Shown here piece by piece: positions 40,303-50,822 of a DNA stretch of 64,000 nt (position 1 is its first letter; the number at the start of each line of letters is the position of its first letter). The notes beneath the pieces are model-generated. The model was given only the letters and a program-made list of their open reading frames with translations, was not told the DNA's origin and searched no databases. The DNA is from Candidatus Thorarchaeota archaeon (GTDB taxonomy: Archaea > Asgardarchaeota > Thorarchaeia > Thorarchaeales > Thorarchaeaceae): the NCBI GenBank assembly GCA_963726195.1, contig CAVSBO010000003.1:160001-224000 (forward strand). The letters are read 5' to 3'. Made by a program: the position numbers and the translations under genes.

Positions 40303-40467
40303 TCTCCGGGGACCTTTGGCTCAGAGTCGAAAGTCCGGCTAATAACATTATCGCAAAATCGCGCCAATTCATCGTTATTCGGCAGGCTACGCTCTGCAAG
40401 AACCTCTGCCGCGTTTTACCGAAAGTACAATATGCTGCATGCATTTGTCTACAACCCGTGGGTCGAT

Positions 40468-41259
40468 ATGCAAGTTGGGACGTCTGCGAGAGATAATGAG
40501 CAGGTCAAGAAAGCGGTGGAGTTTCGACCTGATTTTGTGGAGCTGAGAATGGAGACCAACCAGACGCTCGATTTTGCAGGTGCTAAGAAGATGCTATCCA
40601 ACGCCGGCATAAGGTGTACTTTGCACTTGCCGGGCAGCCCTATCTGGGGTCCAATAGATGTCCGAAGAGACATAGTGCCGTACATAGATGTCGGGAGAGA
40701 AGTCGAAGCAGACATAGTGACATTCCACACGACGCTTTCGCCCTTGTTCTATAGCGATGAGAACATAGCTGAGTTTCTTGAGGCGATGCCCATGGCGAGA
40801 GATGCAGCACGCGAGTCTGGTGTCACATTGGCAGCTGAAACCTTAGGGTTATATTCGACTGAACTGACTTTGCTGTTTGAGTCAGACCCTAGTCTGGGCC
40901 TAGCGATGGACTTGGGTCATGCTCAGATTCTTGCAGCGAGGAATCGTGCTTTCACAATAATGGAGTACTTCTTCGACAAAATCATGATGGTCAATGTCCA
41001 TGACAACCATGGAAAGGCCATGACTGATGAGATATTGCATCTCAGATCTCAACGACAAGTGCCACTGGAAGAGATGCGGGAGATTGCTCAGAGATATGAC
41101 ACACATCTACCAATCGGTGAGGGCAGCATAGACTTCAAGGCGATATTCAAGGAACTGAAGCGACATTCATACGATGGCAAGTTTCTGATGGCGTGCAGAG
41201 ACCAGTCTTCGTTCCCCAGTGAGAGAAGGAAGATGATGGATCTCTGGAACAGGACCTAA
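40468..41259 (+). CDS. Sugar phosphate isomerase/epimerase (AP endonuclease 2 TIM barrel)
   Basis: LHLP, TFH, DLGHA, VHDN.G, DTHLPIGEGSIDF. Confidence 0.82.
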   Translation: MQVGTSARDNEQVKKAVEFRPDFVELRMETNQTLDFAGAKKMLSNAGIRCTLHLPGSPIWGPIDVRRDIVPYIDVGREVEADIVTFHTTLSPLFYSDENIAEFLEAMPMARDAARESGVTLAAETLGLYSTELTLLFESDPSLGLAMDLGHAQILAARNRAFTIMEYFFDKIMMVNVHDNHGKAMTDEILHLRSQRQVPLEEMREIAQRYDTHLPIGEGSIDFKAIFKELKRHSYDGKFLMACRDQSSFPSERRKMMDLWNRT

Positions 41260-42320
41260 GACTCCCTTTGCAGTGAGTCCAACAGCCGCTGCACCAATGT
41301 CGTTCCGTTGCTGTCTTCAGCTTTGGTGAAAAGGGCACCCGCGATGTTGAGGACCTTCGTTGCTTCGGGATACTTACCTTGAACAATGAAGAACCTCGCT
41401 TGGGAAAGCCGTGCATTGCCCATTGCACTGTATACTTCGTGTGGGTACTCGTACATGTCGATGTTAATCACAGACCCGCAATTGCTGCAGGTCGTGACCC
41501 TCTCAACGTCATAAGCAGTTCGAGTTGATCCGGCGGTCTCCGGTTTCACTGTTACTGCCCCGCTTGGTTCCTCGTACTGCAGCTCCGCACCTTCTTGGAT
41601 CTCAGTCGGTTGCTCTGCAGGCGTTTCTTCTTCGTAACGAGATGACTGGAACTCCGAACCTGCAACGCCCATTGCGGGCCTAACAGATGCAGCCAGACGT
41701 TCGGGGGGCTGTAGCACTCTTTCGGCCTCTTCCTCGGTTTTTGAAACGAGTGCCGACTTCTGGCCTAGTATTCGGCTCTCCCTGCCAGAGGGCTCGGTCG
41801 GGACAGACGGAGCCGGGCGAGCGGCTCTAGGGGTTGCGGGATAAACGGGAGGTGAAGCCTCTGCAGGAGTCGGCGGAGCAGGAGATGGAGTTGCGGATTC
41901 TGCTTCAGAAGCTTGGAGCAAGCCACGCACCTCACTCGCCCTCATCATTCTTGTTTCAACAATATCCGTGTTTTCATCAGCAACACCGACGACCTCAGCA
42001 CGGGCAAAGGCTTCGCGGGCTTTCTGAAGCTCTGACTTCCCTCTAGACCGCTCACCCGCCCTAACACGATCTCTGGAAACGCTGCTTGGTCTGACCCATT
42101 CGTCCTTGGTTGTTGGTGATGGTGACTCCTCTTCAGGCTCCGCGGTGGCGGCCTTCGCCTTGGCGATTGTTGCTGCAGTCGTCAGCTTTCCGGTTTCGCG
42201 GGGTTCACTCGTCTGCTTCGCTTCCTTCTTGGCAAGCGGTACCAAGAGCGAAGCACCGCATCGGATGCAGAATTTCCTTGTTACCTGATTCGCCTTGCCA
42301 CACTTGGGACAGACCTGCAT
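41256..42320 (-). CDS. Zinc-ribbon protein with long disordered linker and C-terminal CxxC plus helical (TPR-like) domain
   Basis: CPKCG...FCIRCG, Pro/Glu/Ala-rich middle, CSNCG. Confidence 0.78.
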   Translation of the reverse strand: MQVCPKCGKANQVTRKFCIRCGASLLVPLAKKEAKQTSEPRETGKLTTAATIAKAKAATAEPEEESPSPTTKDEWVRPSSVSRDRVRAGERSRGKSELQKAREAFARAEVVGVADENTDIVETRMMRASEVRGLLQASEAESATPSPAPPTPAEASPPVYPATPRAARPAPSVPTEPSGRESRILGQKSALVSKTEEEAERVLQPPERLAASVRPAMGVAGSEFQSSRYEEETPAEQPTEIQEGAELQYEEPSGAVTVKPETAGSTRTAYDVERVTTCSNCGSVINIDMYEYPHEVYSAMGNARLSQARFFIVQGKYPEATKVLNIAGALFTKAEDSNGTTLVQRLLDSLQRES

Positions 42321-42607
42321 AACAATCACCAACCGCTAAGTTACGCGCGCGTATATCGTCCATGTTGTATTAACTTTGCGCATTACTGGTGAATTCCGTC
42401 AGCCTGTTCCACACGATTCGAACTTCAAATTGTGAAAGCATCTCGGAGACCCACGGGGCAGTCCTTGACACGCCATTGCTCTGCCCGAATTGCGGGCAGT
42501 GTTTGTTGCACATATGGCTTATATTCCGCCGATACCCTCAAGCGAACTGCAGGGCGCGTGCAGTAGGCCTGTGGATCCAAAGACAAGTCAAGTTCTAAGG
42601 AGACGAT

Positions 42608-42949
42608 GTGATGAGACAAGTGCATGAGTCAGCCATCACGCCAAAGAGAGTCACGGGTAGTAAGGGCTGGGTCGATGTCTTTGACGTAATAACTGAGCCA
42701 CTGACGATGGGTATACGGGTGATACCTCCGAAGAGCGAGATTCCGGCGCGTAAACACGCTCATCCCGAGGGCCAAGTCACCTACGTGGTATCGGGGAACC
42801 CGAAGATGACCAACCTCAAGGTAACTCTTCAACTCAAGCCCGGTGATTTCGTCATTCTCGAACCAGACGAGGAGCATTACGTAATTACTGAGAAGAATGA
42901 AGCTCGCCTTCTAGAAGTGAAGTTCAAGCAGGATACTGACAGCCGGTAG
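42608..42949 (+). CDS. Cupin domain protein
   Basis: HAHPEGQVTYVVSG, LKPGDFVIL.PDEEH. Confidence 0.88.
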   Translation: MMRQVHESAITPKRVTGSKGWVDVFDVITEPLTMGIRVIPPKSEIPARKHAHPEGQVTYVVSGNPKMTNLKVTLQLKPGDFVILEPDEEHYVITEKNEARLLEVKFKQDTDSR

Positions 42950-43015
42950 GCGCGCAAACGAGACCGTCATCTCATGGGACTCAACGGCATTTCACTCAAT
43001 GTGTATCCGGCCGCC

Positions 43016-43288
43016 CTATTTGGATTCCAGCCTGAACAATAGGTCTGGCACTGGGATGTAGAAATTCGCAGCCTTCTTTATGACGATGCTACGGTAGTAC
43101 TGTGCCAATCCGAGGAACCCCCGTATTACTGACTCATCACCATCGAAGGCAAATGTAACGGAAGTCATTGGTCGGGATTCGTCGATTACGGCCCTGTCGT
43201 AGACCTTCTCATCGACCAGTGGAATCTTCAGTTCACTGGCGATGTCAAACACCATCTTAAGGAAGATTTCTTTCTTCGCCATCTGCAT
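43016..43288 (-). CDS. Small hypothetical protein
   Basis: Protein-like 90-aa ORF filling the intergenic space. Confidence 0.6.
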   Translation of the reverse strand: MQMAKKEIFLKMVFDIASELKIPLVDEKVYDRAVIDESRPMTSVTFAFDGDESVIRGFLGLAQYYRSIVIKKAANFYIPVPDLLFRLESK

Positions 43289-43437
43289 ATTCACTGCATT
43301 GCTAGATGTAATTCATCCATATCCATTTAGCGAATGTGACCGGTCATGTGGCCGGTGCGAAACCCCGCACCAGCTCGCGCAAAGCTTATACACAAGACAG
43401 CGGAAACTTCTATTGGACTGGTTTCTGAGGGACACGA

Positions 43438-45016
43438 ATGCCTGAAGAGAAGCTCACCGATGAAGAGAAGGCGGCCTTGCAGGAAGCACTGAAAGGTGCG
43501 TCAATTTCGGATGCCGATGTGCGAAAGCTGGCCGAAGGAGAAGATGAGTCTGGTCAGCCAACTTCGCCGGATGAATCGGGCGAGGACCTAGTCTCGGCGG
43601 CAGGTTCCGCTCTTGAGTTTGTAGAGAAGCTCGGGGGCACAGCTCCTAAGGCCGAAACAATGGCTCCAAGGGATGCCGTTGCAGGTTTTGATGCATTGCT
43701 CCGAAAGCTTGAGATCCTACGTAGCGACATCGCGGCCCTGCAGAGAGGTGTTGTCAGCGTATTTGCCGCACAGCTGCTGACTTTCAGGGGCAAAGTTGTC
43801 GAACTGAAGTCCACAATATCTAATGAGATGGTCGAGAAGCTCCATATGCAGTTCTTCAAGAGCTTCATCGAGCAGACGTTCGTGGACATAGTTGACAACG
43901 AGTTTGCCACACTTGAGAAGGAACTTGTGGACAAAATCGTTCAACAGACCCAAGAGAAGTTCAAGGAGTTTGCATCGAGAGTCAGAGAATCAGAGGTTGA
44001 TCTGCGAAGCACTATCGTCCAGCAGCAGGACGTGGTAAGGTCGTTCATGCAGAGCCTTGAAGACGATGCCGCAGCTCAGCGAGACATCCTAACAGAGAAG
44101 GACACTGAGATACAGAAGCTGAGAAGGAGAGATACGACAGCTCCAGTCCCAAATTGATAGCTCCATGGGCGTTGGCGCTGCTCGTGGAGAGATAGCGAGG
44201 AAGGTGTCCCAACTTGAGAGCGAGGTTGCTTCACTCAAACAGGACATCTTCAAGAAGGACAGTCTCATACAGACGCAAACCTCCGAAGCTGAACAGGCAC
44301 GCGCCACAGTTGAGGACCTAAGAGTCAAGGTCGGAGAACTGCAGAGCGAATTGGCTGTATACAAGACTGAGAAGGAGAGCGCAAAGGGTGCGCCGAAGAG
44401 AAGCGAGGCCGAGATTAGGACGCTTCAATCAAAGGTGGACCTTCTTGAGAAGGCTGTGGCCGAGAAGCGAAAGGAGGCTGAGGCATTAGCGGCCAAGGCA
44501 AAGAGCCTCGAACTTGAGCTCAGCAAGACTACTGCAGAGAAGGGGGCAGCGGACAAGGAATCGAGACAGCGCTTGAAAGAAATCGAGTCTGTTGAAGGTC
44601 GTTTTCGAGAAGCGAAAGACCTTGAAGATCAGGTCCACACTCTGCAGCAGGACCTCAAGGCAGCAAAGGACAGAGTTGGAATAGTCGAAATGCAGAGAGA
44701 GGCCTATGAGAAGGCTACTCGACTGATGGAGAAGGAGAGGGACCTCGCCTTGCAGGCGAGAGATTTGTCCGATGAACGAACGAGACGATACATTAAGGCT
44801 CTCGGTTTGGACAAGAACACCAAGGTCCTCGTCATGGTCGACGAAGTCGGTTCGATTTCGTTCGCAGACCTAGCGAAGTCGCTTGGAACTCAGGTCGCAT
44901 TGGTGGCTAAGGCTGCAAGGGAATTCGAGAAGCTTGGCGTGTTGAAGATTGAAGGAGACAGGGCCGTTTCCACTTTGAAGGAAGTTGAGATTCAAGAAGG
45001 CGAAGTAAAACTATAG
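43438..45016 (+). CDS. Long coiled-coil protein with C-terminal winged helix (frameshift near 44122)
   Basis: Heptad-rich; joins as L/EGEIRQLQSQIDSSMG; ISFADLAKSLG...EFEKLGVLKIEG wHTH. Confidence 0.78.
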
Positions 45017-45027
45017 GAGTCGACAAT

Positions 45028-45375
45028 CTAGAAAGCGATTGCTCGGTCTCCATTGCCGAATGAATCGACCACTTCGGACCAGTACTTTGCCATTTTCTCC
45101 AAAGAACCAGCAAAGTCCTTTGTGATTCGGTATTCGCCCATGCGCTTTTCGACAATGCCTGCATCACGAAGTTTTCTCATGACCTTCACGTACAGACCCC
45201 TGCTAGAAAGGACGAACCTCTGCCATTCCTTGTCGTGAACCACCCCATCCGCCTGAACGATTTCGTTGAGTATCCTCGAGGCCTGATCAACCTGAGCCTC
45301 CGTGAAGAACAAGTAACGGAGAAGGTGCTTCGGACTGATGAGGGTTGGTCTTCGTACGAGGTCGATTTTCACCAT
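45028..45375 (-). CDS. Winged-helix domain protein
   Basis: YVKVMRKLRDAGIVEK..GEYRITKDF. Confidence 0.75.
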   Translation of the reverse strand: MVKIDLVRRPTLISPKHLLRYLFFTEAQVDQASRILNEIVQADGVVHDKEWQRFVLSSRGLYVKVMRKLRDAGIVEKRMGEYRITKDFAGSLEKMAKYWSEVVDSFGNGDRAIAF

Positions 45376-45424
45376 ATCTGATAACCGAGTATGGCAATGT
45401 CAGGATAGAATATCAGAGCGGGTA

Positions 45425-46429
45425 TTACCTCCGTGCTCTCAGGAATCGGATTGGAAGTAGTATGAGAGCCAGTAGCGCAAAAACAAGAAGTGAAACGAGG
45501 GTCTGCATTGCCGGAGACATTATCGTAAGAAATGTCGGATCCGTGTATCCCTTGTACCAGAGACACGCACCAGTCAGTAAGCATGCAATAAGCGGGACTA
45601 GGTTGGCCGGAGTACGCAGCTTTGCCATTGCTGTTATCATGAAGAAGAATCCATAGGCTACACCTGCAAATGCCAACGCTAGAGTAAACATAACAGCAAG
45701 GAGCTCGAACAACCCAGGCAGAAGCCAGCCCGTCTCTGGCATAAGGATGGAGACTATCAACCAAATCAAGTCGAATCCCACTATGACCTCGAGACCGGTC
45801 TTGGCATTGGAAATGTCCACGTTCGAAGGAGCGTTGCTGAACATGATTGTCATCGCAAGGAAAGCTACAATCCAGAATATCGGGTTTATCACTGTCAGAC
45901 TGGCAAGAGTGTAGAGAAAGAGATAGACAAAACCGCCTATTCTCAGGGCAGGATAGATAGTATCGGCAAGCAGAACAGGGTTAGACTTGATGTTTATCAA
46001 ATCCTGCAGAAGTGTCAATGCTTGGCCGCCTATACCGGGAGAGCCGGGAACGAGGTAGGTTGCACCTGCCGCGAAGAGCACTAGCAGAACAAGGGACACA
46101 CCGATTGGAGCGAGATTAATCACTGCCCTCTTGAATGAACTGTCAGGGTTTCTGTACTTCACATAACCCAGAACAACATAGTTGTCTTGGACTTGGACAT
46201 TCAAGGGCTTGAACTCAACGATTGGAGTTCTTGTGAAAACGCAGCCTAACGCGTGAGAAGATTCATGGAGTGCAACCCCGGGACCGACCAAGACATACCA
46301 TGCCCTTGACCCGGGGTTACGCGTCACATCGAGTTGCGTCCGCGACAGCCGTTCGAGCACCCACCCTAAAGCCCAGACAACAAAGAACAGCACGATTGAA
46401 AGCAAGACTATCGTCGAGTACGCGTTCAC
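45425..46429 (-). CDS. M50-like intramembrane zinc metalloprotease
   Basis: PGVALHESSH, LGYV, INLAP, APS..D; multiple TM. Confidence 0.78.
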   Translation of the reverse strand: MNAYSTIVLLSIVLFFVVWALGWVLERLSRTQLDVTRNPGSRAWYVLVGPGVALHESSHALGCVFTRTPIVEFKPLNVQVQDNYVVLGYVKYRNPDSSFKRAVINLAPIGVSLVLLVLFAAGATYLVPGSPGIGGQALTLLQDLINIKSNPVLLADTIYPALRIGGFVYLFLYTLASLTVINPIFWIVAFLAMTIMFSNAPSNVDISNAKTGLEVIVGFDLIWLIVSILMPETGWLLPGLFELLAVMFTLALAFAGVAYGFFFMITAMAKLRTPANLVPLIACLLTGACLWYKGYTDPTFLTIMSPAMQTLVSLLVFALLALILLPIRFLRARR

Positions 46430-46540
46430 TTGGCCACCTCATTGCGTTCCTGTGAAGGTATCTACTCATTGAATCAGTTCAGTCGGTTTGTCCTCGGTAT
46501 GGGCGTCTAGGTCTGCACGGACTTCAATCTCATGAAGAGA

Positions 46541-47023
46541 TTACTGTTTCAGGCCCACTTCCTTCTTCTTCTGGTCCTCGACCTTTGCGACTTCCTCGGC
46601 CTTTCTTCGGTCCATTTCCCTGGCCTTGTCCCTCTTGGCTTTCTCAACAACTTTGACCTTCTCTTTCTCGATTTCGTAAACCCGATTCTGGCGGGCTCTC
46701 TCAGCGTCTCGTATCCGAAATCTCAGCTGCTCAGCGCGCTTCTTGGTGGAGTCGAGTTGCTTGCCTTTCTCGCTTTGCACCTGGCGATATGTCCTGTCTG
46801 CATCGCGGCACTCTTTCTCGGCGTCGGCCAGCTTCGCCTTAATCGAGTCTGCAGCATCCCTCTTGGCTTTTGCAGCAGCTCCGTACCGTTCGATTTCGGC
46901 AGTTACTTGCGGCCCTATGCTACCCATATCTGCTTCTGCTTTCTTGAGCTCAGACTTGAACTGCTCAATATCGGCATTGATCTTCTGGATCTTCTTGTCG
47001 TCTTGATACTGGTCCTGTGACAT
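46541..47023 (-). CDS. Highly charged coiled-coil protein
   Basis: E/K/R/A-rich helix, 160 aa. Confidence 0.7.
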   Translation of the reverse strand: MSQDQYQDDKKIQKINADIEQFKSELKKAEADMGSIGPQVTAEIERYGAAAKAKRDAADSIKAKLADAEKECRDADRTYRQVQSEKGKQLDSTKKRAEQLRFRIRDAERARQNRVYEIEKEKVKVVEKAKRDKAREMDRRKAEEVAKVEDQKKKEVGLKQ

Positions 47024-47411
47024 TGTTATCGGGAAGAACACTGTTTGCCCAGTTATATCTCTCTTTTCTATATGGGCGTTCGGACTGAGCTCCTGCCTCA
47101 TTGCCCGCCCGCAGACACTACTGCCAACCTTCGTTCTGGCTGCGGAGTGCTGACTCAGGCTGCCGGGTCTATTCTGCCTTTGCAGTACTGGCACCTTAGG
47201 AAGCCTCTTCGGGACCAGAGTATTCCTCATAGTCGTTACTGCTTTACAAAGCGAAACAACGCCTGCAATTGACCAATGATAGGCTTTATCATAGTACAAA
47301 GAATGAGCTCTACCTCCCACCAAGGGAATTCACGCAATACGCAAATCCTGCCCCAACTGGCATGCGGCGCGACAACGCGTAAAACCTCTCTTGAAGTGAC
47401 ATGCGAGATTC

Positions 47412-47969
47412 GTGGAGTCAAAGGAACATGGAGTAAGGTTCATGGACTATGGCGGCCTTCGGCGTTCGGAGCTTTTCACATTCTTTCGCCTAACCGAGCA
47501 GTCACGTTCGAGGCCGTCTGATGCAGGCATTGTCACAATCTCTCTGAAGCCGGGAGGATTTCAGGAATTCATAGATATCCAAGTCCTAATCGACCGCACA
47601 GGCCTAGTCAGAGAGGCATCTCTTCTGATGGATCGTAAGTGGATTGGTGACATGGTCAATGTGAACCCTTTTGCCAAGGACATCACCAAGACGTTTCTCT
47701 CCGTGTTCATCCCGACCGAAGATGAGGACTTTGTCAAAGACATCATCCACACTATTTCGAACCTCAAGGGCACAGACGACAAAGTGTACTACCTTACTCA
47801 GCCATCGGAGGAAGAGGAATCCTATGATCCTCAAGTTCTCAAAGCGCAGCGGGTGTATCTAGGTGAAGAACAGAGATTCGAAATGGTCATGCCCAGCTCG
47901 GAGCTCGTTATTGAGAACTACGGCAGCGATGCCAAGGAGCGATTACGACTGACCATCAACTCGTTCTGA
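47412..47969 (+). CDS. Hypothetical protein
   Basis: 185-aa protein-like ORF. Confidence 0.7.
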   Translation: MESKEHGVRFMDYGGLRRSELFTFFRLTEQSRSRPSDAGIVTISLKPGGFQEFIDIQVLIDRTGLVREASLLMDRKWIGDMVNVNPFAKDITKTFLSVFIPTEDEDFVKDIIHTISNLKGTDDKVYYLTQPSEEEESYDPQVLKAQRVYLGEEQRFEMVMPSSELVIENYGSDAKERLRLTINSF

Positions 47970-48009
47970 GGCGCATTATGAATTCTAAGCTTTCTAACTG
48001 CTCGCAATC

Positions 48010-48879
48010 TCAAAGCTTCTTCACATAGTTCTTCATTGTGCCGAGACCGTCCATGGAAATCTCGACAGTGTCTCCGTCTTGAAGTGTGAACGTGTCAGGG
48101 GGAACGATTCCTACGCCTGTGAGCATGATTGAGCCGCGGGGCACTGGGTTGTCTCTGAATAGGAATCTCGAAAGCTCGTCGTATTCTCGCTTCATGTTCG
48201 AGGTGTTTGTTTCACCAGAAAAGACCACTTCGCGGCCTCTGTGTATCTTGAGCCTGATTCCCACGTTCTTCGGATTCTTGATTTCGTCGGCCGTCACAAG
48301 GTAAGGACCTATTGCACACGAGTTCTGCCAGACCTTTGCCTGAGGCAGGTAGAGCGGATTGGCTCCCTCTATGTCCCTGGAACTCACGTCGTTTCCTATC
48401 GTGTAGGCCACGATTTTTCTTTCGCCATAGATCAGGGTGAATTCAGGCTCTGGGACGTCCCACTTTGAATCGCTTCTGATGCAGATAACATCATTCGGTC
48501 CGACCGTTCTGTAGCCAAGGCCTTTGAAAAGAACCTCAGGTCTTTCTGCGGCGTAGACGCGGTCATATATCCCCTTGGCTTTGGTCTCATCCTCTCTGGC
48601 CTCAACACTTCGCTTGTAAGTTACACCTGCGGCCCAGACTTCTCCCGGTATCATTGGCATGACAAACCGGTCCTTGACCCAGTCCAGTCTGTAAACGCGG
48701 GGCTTCCTATCCTCAATTAGCGACCTGAGGAAGTCGCCAAGTGGAATCTTGTCAGGATTTCTCTGTTGGATGTACTCCCCGAAGGGATCTTGGCCTAGGC
48801 TTTCGTAGACTTGAACCTCGTCTCCGCTTATGCACCCGGCAACGGTCTTTGTACCTTCATTTAATCTCACAAGCTTCAT
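48010..48879 (-). CDS. Fumarylacetoacetate hydrolase family, 2-keto-3-deoxy-pentonate dehydratase (KdaD/XylX)-like
   Basis: EVWAAGVTY, AERPEVLFK, VPEPE, GNDVSSRDIEGANPLYLPQAK. Confidence 0.88.
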   Translation of the reverse strand: MKLVRLNEGTKTVAGCISGDEVQVYESLGQDPFGEYIQQRNPDKIPLGDFLRSLIEDRKPRVYRLDWVKDRFVMPMIPGEVWAAGVTYKRSVEAREDETKAKGIYDRVYAAERPEVLFKGLGYRTVGPNDVICIRSDSKWDVPEPEFTLIYGERKIVAYTIGNDVSSRDIEGANPLYLPQAKVWQNSCAIGPYLVTADEIKNPKNVGIRLKIHRGREVVFSGETNTSNMKREYDELSRFLFRDNPVPRGSIMLTGVGIVPPDTFTLQDGDTVEISMDGLGTMKNYVKKL

Positions 48880-48943
48880 GTCAGGGTCACAGTAGAGCGA
48901 ACACTGGAAGCCTAATGTTATCCGTTTCGGTAGAACACTTCCA

Positions 48944-49753
48944 TTACCTAAGAAAGTTCCACGTTTCCGTCTCATACTTGCTAACAGCAAGCTCGGCTGC
49001 CCGGTTTCTCTCATTCTGAGATAGGCTGCCTAGCACCAAGTTCACGTTCAAGGCTTCCGAGAAACCAACTACCATTGCATCTCTCAGCTCATTGAATCCA
49101 ACCTGTCGCCCTAACAACTCGCGAACCGATGTCATTCTCTCCCGAACCTCTCGAGTCATCTTGCCTGAAGTGTCTGCGGCACCGAGTCTCAGGACAGAGA
49201 AGACCGTAGACATGTCAAGCCCCAGCATCACTGACCCGTGCTGCAGCATACAATCATGTCTTCGAGTTTGGGCGCTCCCCGAGATCTTCTTCCCTTCCAC
49301 GTGAATGTCATTCACGTGTTTGATTGCTGCGTCAATACCGAGCTGCTTGAGACCGCGAACAACACCTTGGCATATTGTCCTGTAAGATTCCTCGATGTCT
49401 GGTGGAGATAGCCTGTGACCTTTGGGCACAACGATACTGTAAGTGATTTCTCCCTCGCTATCATGATATACCGCTGACCCGCCCGTCAGTCTTCTGACAA
49501 TACTTATGCCATGAGTCTTGCAGTAATCTAGGTCAACCTCGGTTCTGACAGACTGGAGAAAGCAGAAATCCAGATTGCCATCACTCCTAAGGGATTGGAA
49601 AGTCCCTAAAGACACTGCTGATGGTTTCCATCTATAGAGCCTGAATGTTGGAGGGGCTTCTCTCCTTTCAACGGAGATCATGACTGTTTCGTCAATGGCC
49701 ATGTTCTCGGCTGCAGTGTGAGTCTCAAGGTCAATGAATCTGAGCTTCTCCAT
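48944..49753 (-). CDS. Lipoate-protein ligase catalytic domain (LplA-N)
   Basis: NMAIDE, FRLYRW.P, RRLTGGSAVYHD, KKISGSAQ, LQHGS. Confidence 0.92.
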   Translation of the reverse strand: MEKLRFIDLETHTAAENMAIDETVMISVERREAPPTFRLYRWKPSAVSLGTFQSLRSDGNLDFCFLQSVRTEVDLDYCKTHGISIVRRLTGGSAVYHDSEGEITYSIVVPKGHRLSPPDIEESYRTICQGVVRGLKQLGIDAAIKHVNDIHVEGKKISGSAQTRRHDCMLQHGSVMLGLDMSTVFSVLRLGAADTSGKMTREVRERMTSVRELLGRQVGFNELRDAMVVGFSEALNVNLVLGSLSQNERNRAAELAVSKYETETWNFLR

Positions 49754-50753
49754 TCTGTGTCATCAGGCCCGTTGTGTTGATTGCTTCTCGCACTTCGCTT
49801 TCGTTCAGAGGCCGAGCATAGTTGTATATGATGCCTCTGGGTCTCTCATTGTAGTATGGTCGATTGCACCCATGACAGCCTGATGTGCGAAAGGCCCCAC
49901 CAGAAGATAAGAATTCCTTCAGAACGTCACGGCTCATGTCTAGCTGCAGCTGACCAGACTCTGAGTAGTGGACTTGATCACGATGTATTCTATCTGCGGC
50001 GAGCAAATACCTGAGAACTTGTAGCCGCCTGTAGGACGGGAGTTCAGGAGAACTCATGCCTTCCATGGTGGTACCTCTGATGCTCGTGAAGGCGAACAAC
50101 CCGACGGATATCCCCGCGTCTTTCATGTCCAGAAGGAACTCCGATGCCTCAGGTTCTGTTTCGCCCAAACCAACGATAAGGTGCGTTGTCACATTTCCTC
50201 TTCCGAATATCTCAAGGGCACTTCGAAGCGCCGCCATATGATTCGCCCATCGATAGGGGCTTCCCCGACCCGCACCCTTCACCTTGTTGAAGAGAGCAGG
50301 CGTACATGCATCAAAAGCTATACCGATGCTGGTTGCCCCAGCCCCGTGAAGCTTGGCCATTTCATCCTTGGAAATCGGGTGAATACAAACAGAGAGCGGA
50401 ATATCACATACGCATCGAAGCTGTGTGATTATGCTTCCAACGTCGTCAACGACTTCCGGATACTTGAGCGATTGGATGCAGAACCTCTGTAGGCTGGTCA
50501 CCTGCGGGACTCTCCGCAAGAACGATTTGAAGTCAAACTCAGGCCATGATATCCTAGACAGCCTATCCGATGACGATGTGCTGTCACGAGCCTGAGGGCA
50601 GAAAGCACAATTCGCGCTGCAGCGTCCCTCAAGGTATGTCATCAAGAATGCGGTTGTGAAGAAAGCATCGCGTTCTCCTTCTACGAGACCAGTCTGGATT
50701 GCTGTCCCTAGGGAAAGCCTGACATTCTTCACCAACTCAATCGGGGTCATCAC
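49731..50753 (-). CDS. lipS2: Radical SAM lipoyl synthase, archaeal LipS2 type
   Basis: CSANCAFC, THLIVGLGETE, LFAFT, TSGCHGCNRPYYNE. Confidence 0.8.
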   Translation of the reverse strand: MMTPIELVKNVRLSLGTAIQTGLVEGERDAFFTTAFLMTYLEGRCSANCAFCPQARDSTSSSDRLSRISWPEFDFKSFLRRVPQVTSLQRFCIQSLKYPEVVDDVGSIITQLRCVCDIPLSVCIHPISKDEMAKLHGAGATSIGIAFDACTPALFNKVKGAGRGSPYRWANHMAALRSALEIFGRGNVTTHLIVGLGETEPEASEFLLDMKDAGISVGLFAFTSIRGTTMEGMSSPELPSYRRLQVLRYLLAADRIHRDQVHYSESGQLQLDMSRDVLKEFLSSGGAFRTSGCHGCNRPYYNERPRGIIYNYARPLNESEVREAINTTGLMTQNGEAQIH

Positions 50754-50822
50754 TTCTCAGGCATTCTTAATGGTGTTGCTGTGTGCGACCGGTTTCCAAC
50801 CAAGCATCCCACACATGTCGCC

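Noticed and set aside
46532-47323. Hydrophobic + strand ORF 46532-47020 and the upstream extension of the 46541 gene
   Set aside because: Antisense shadow of a charged coiled-coil gene; the extension is not protein-like
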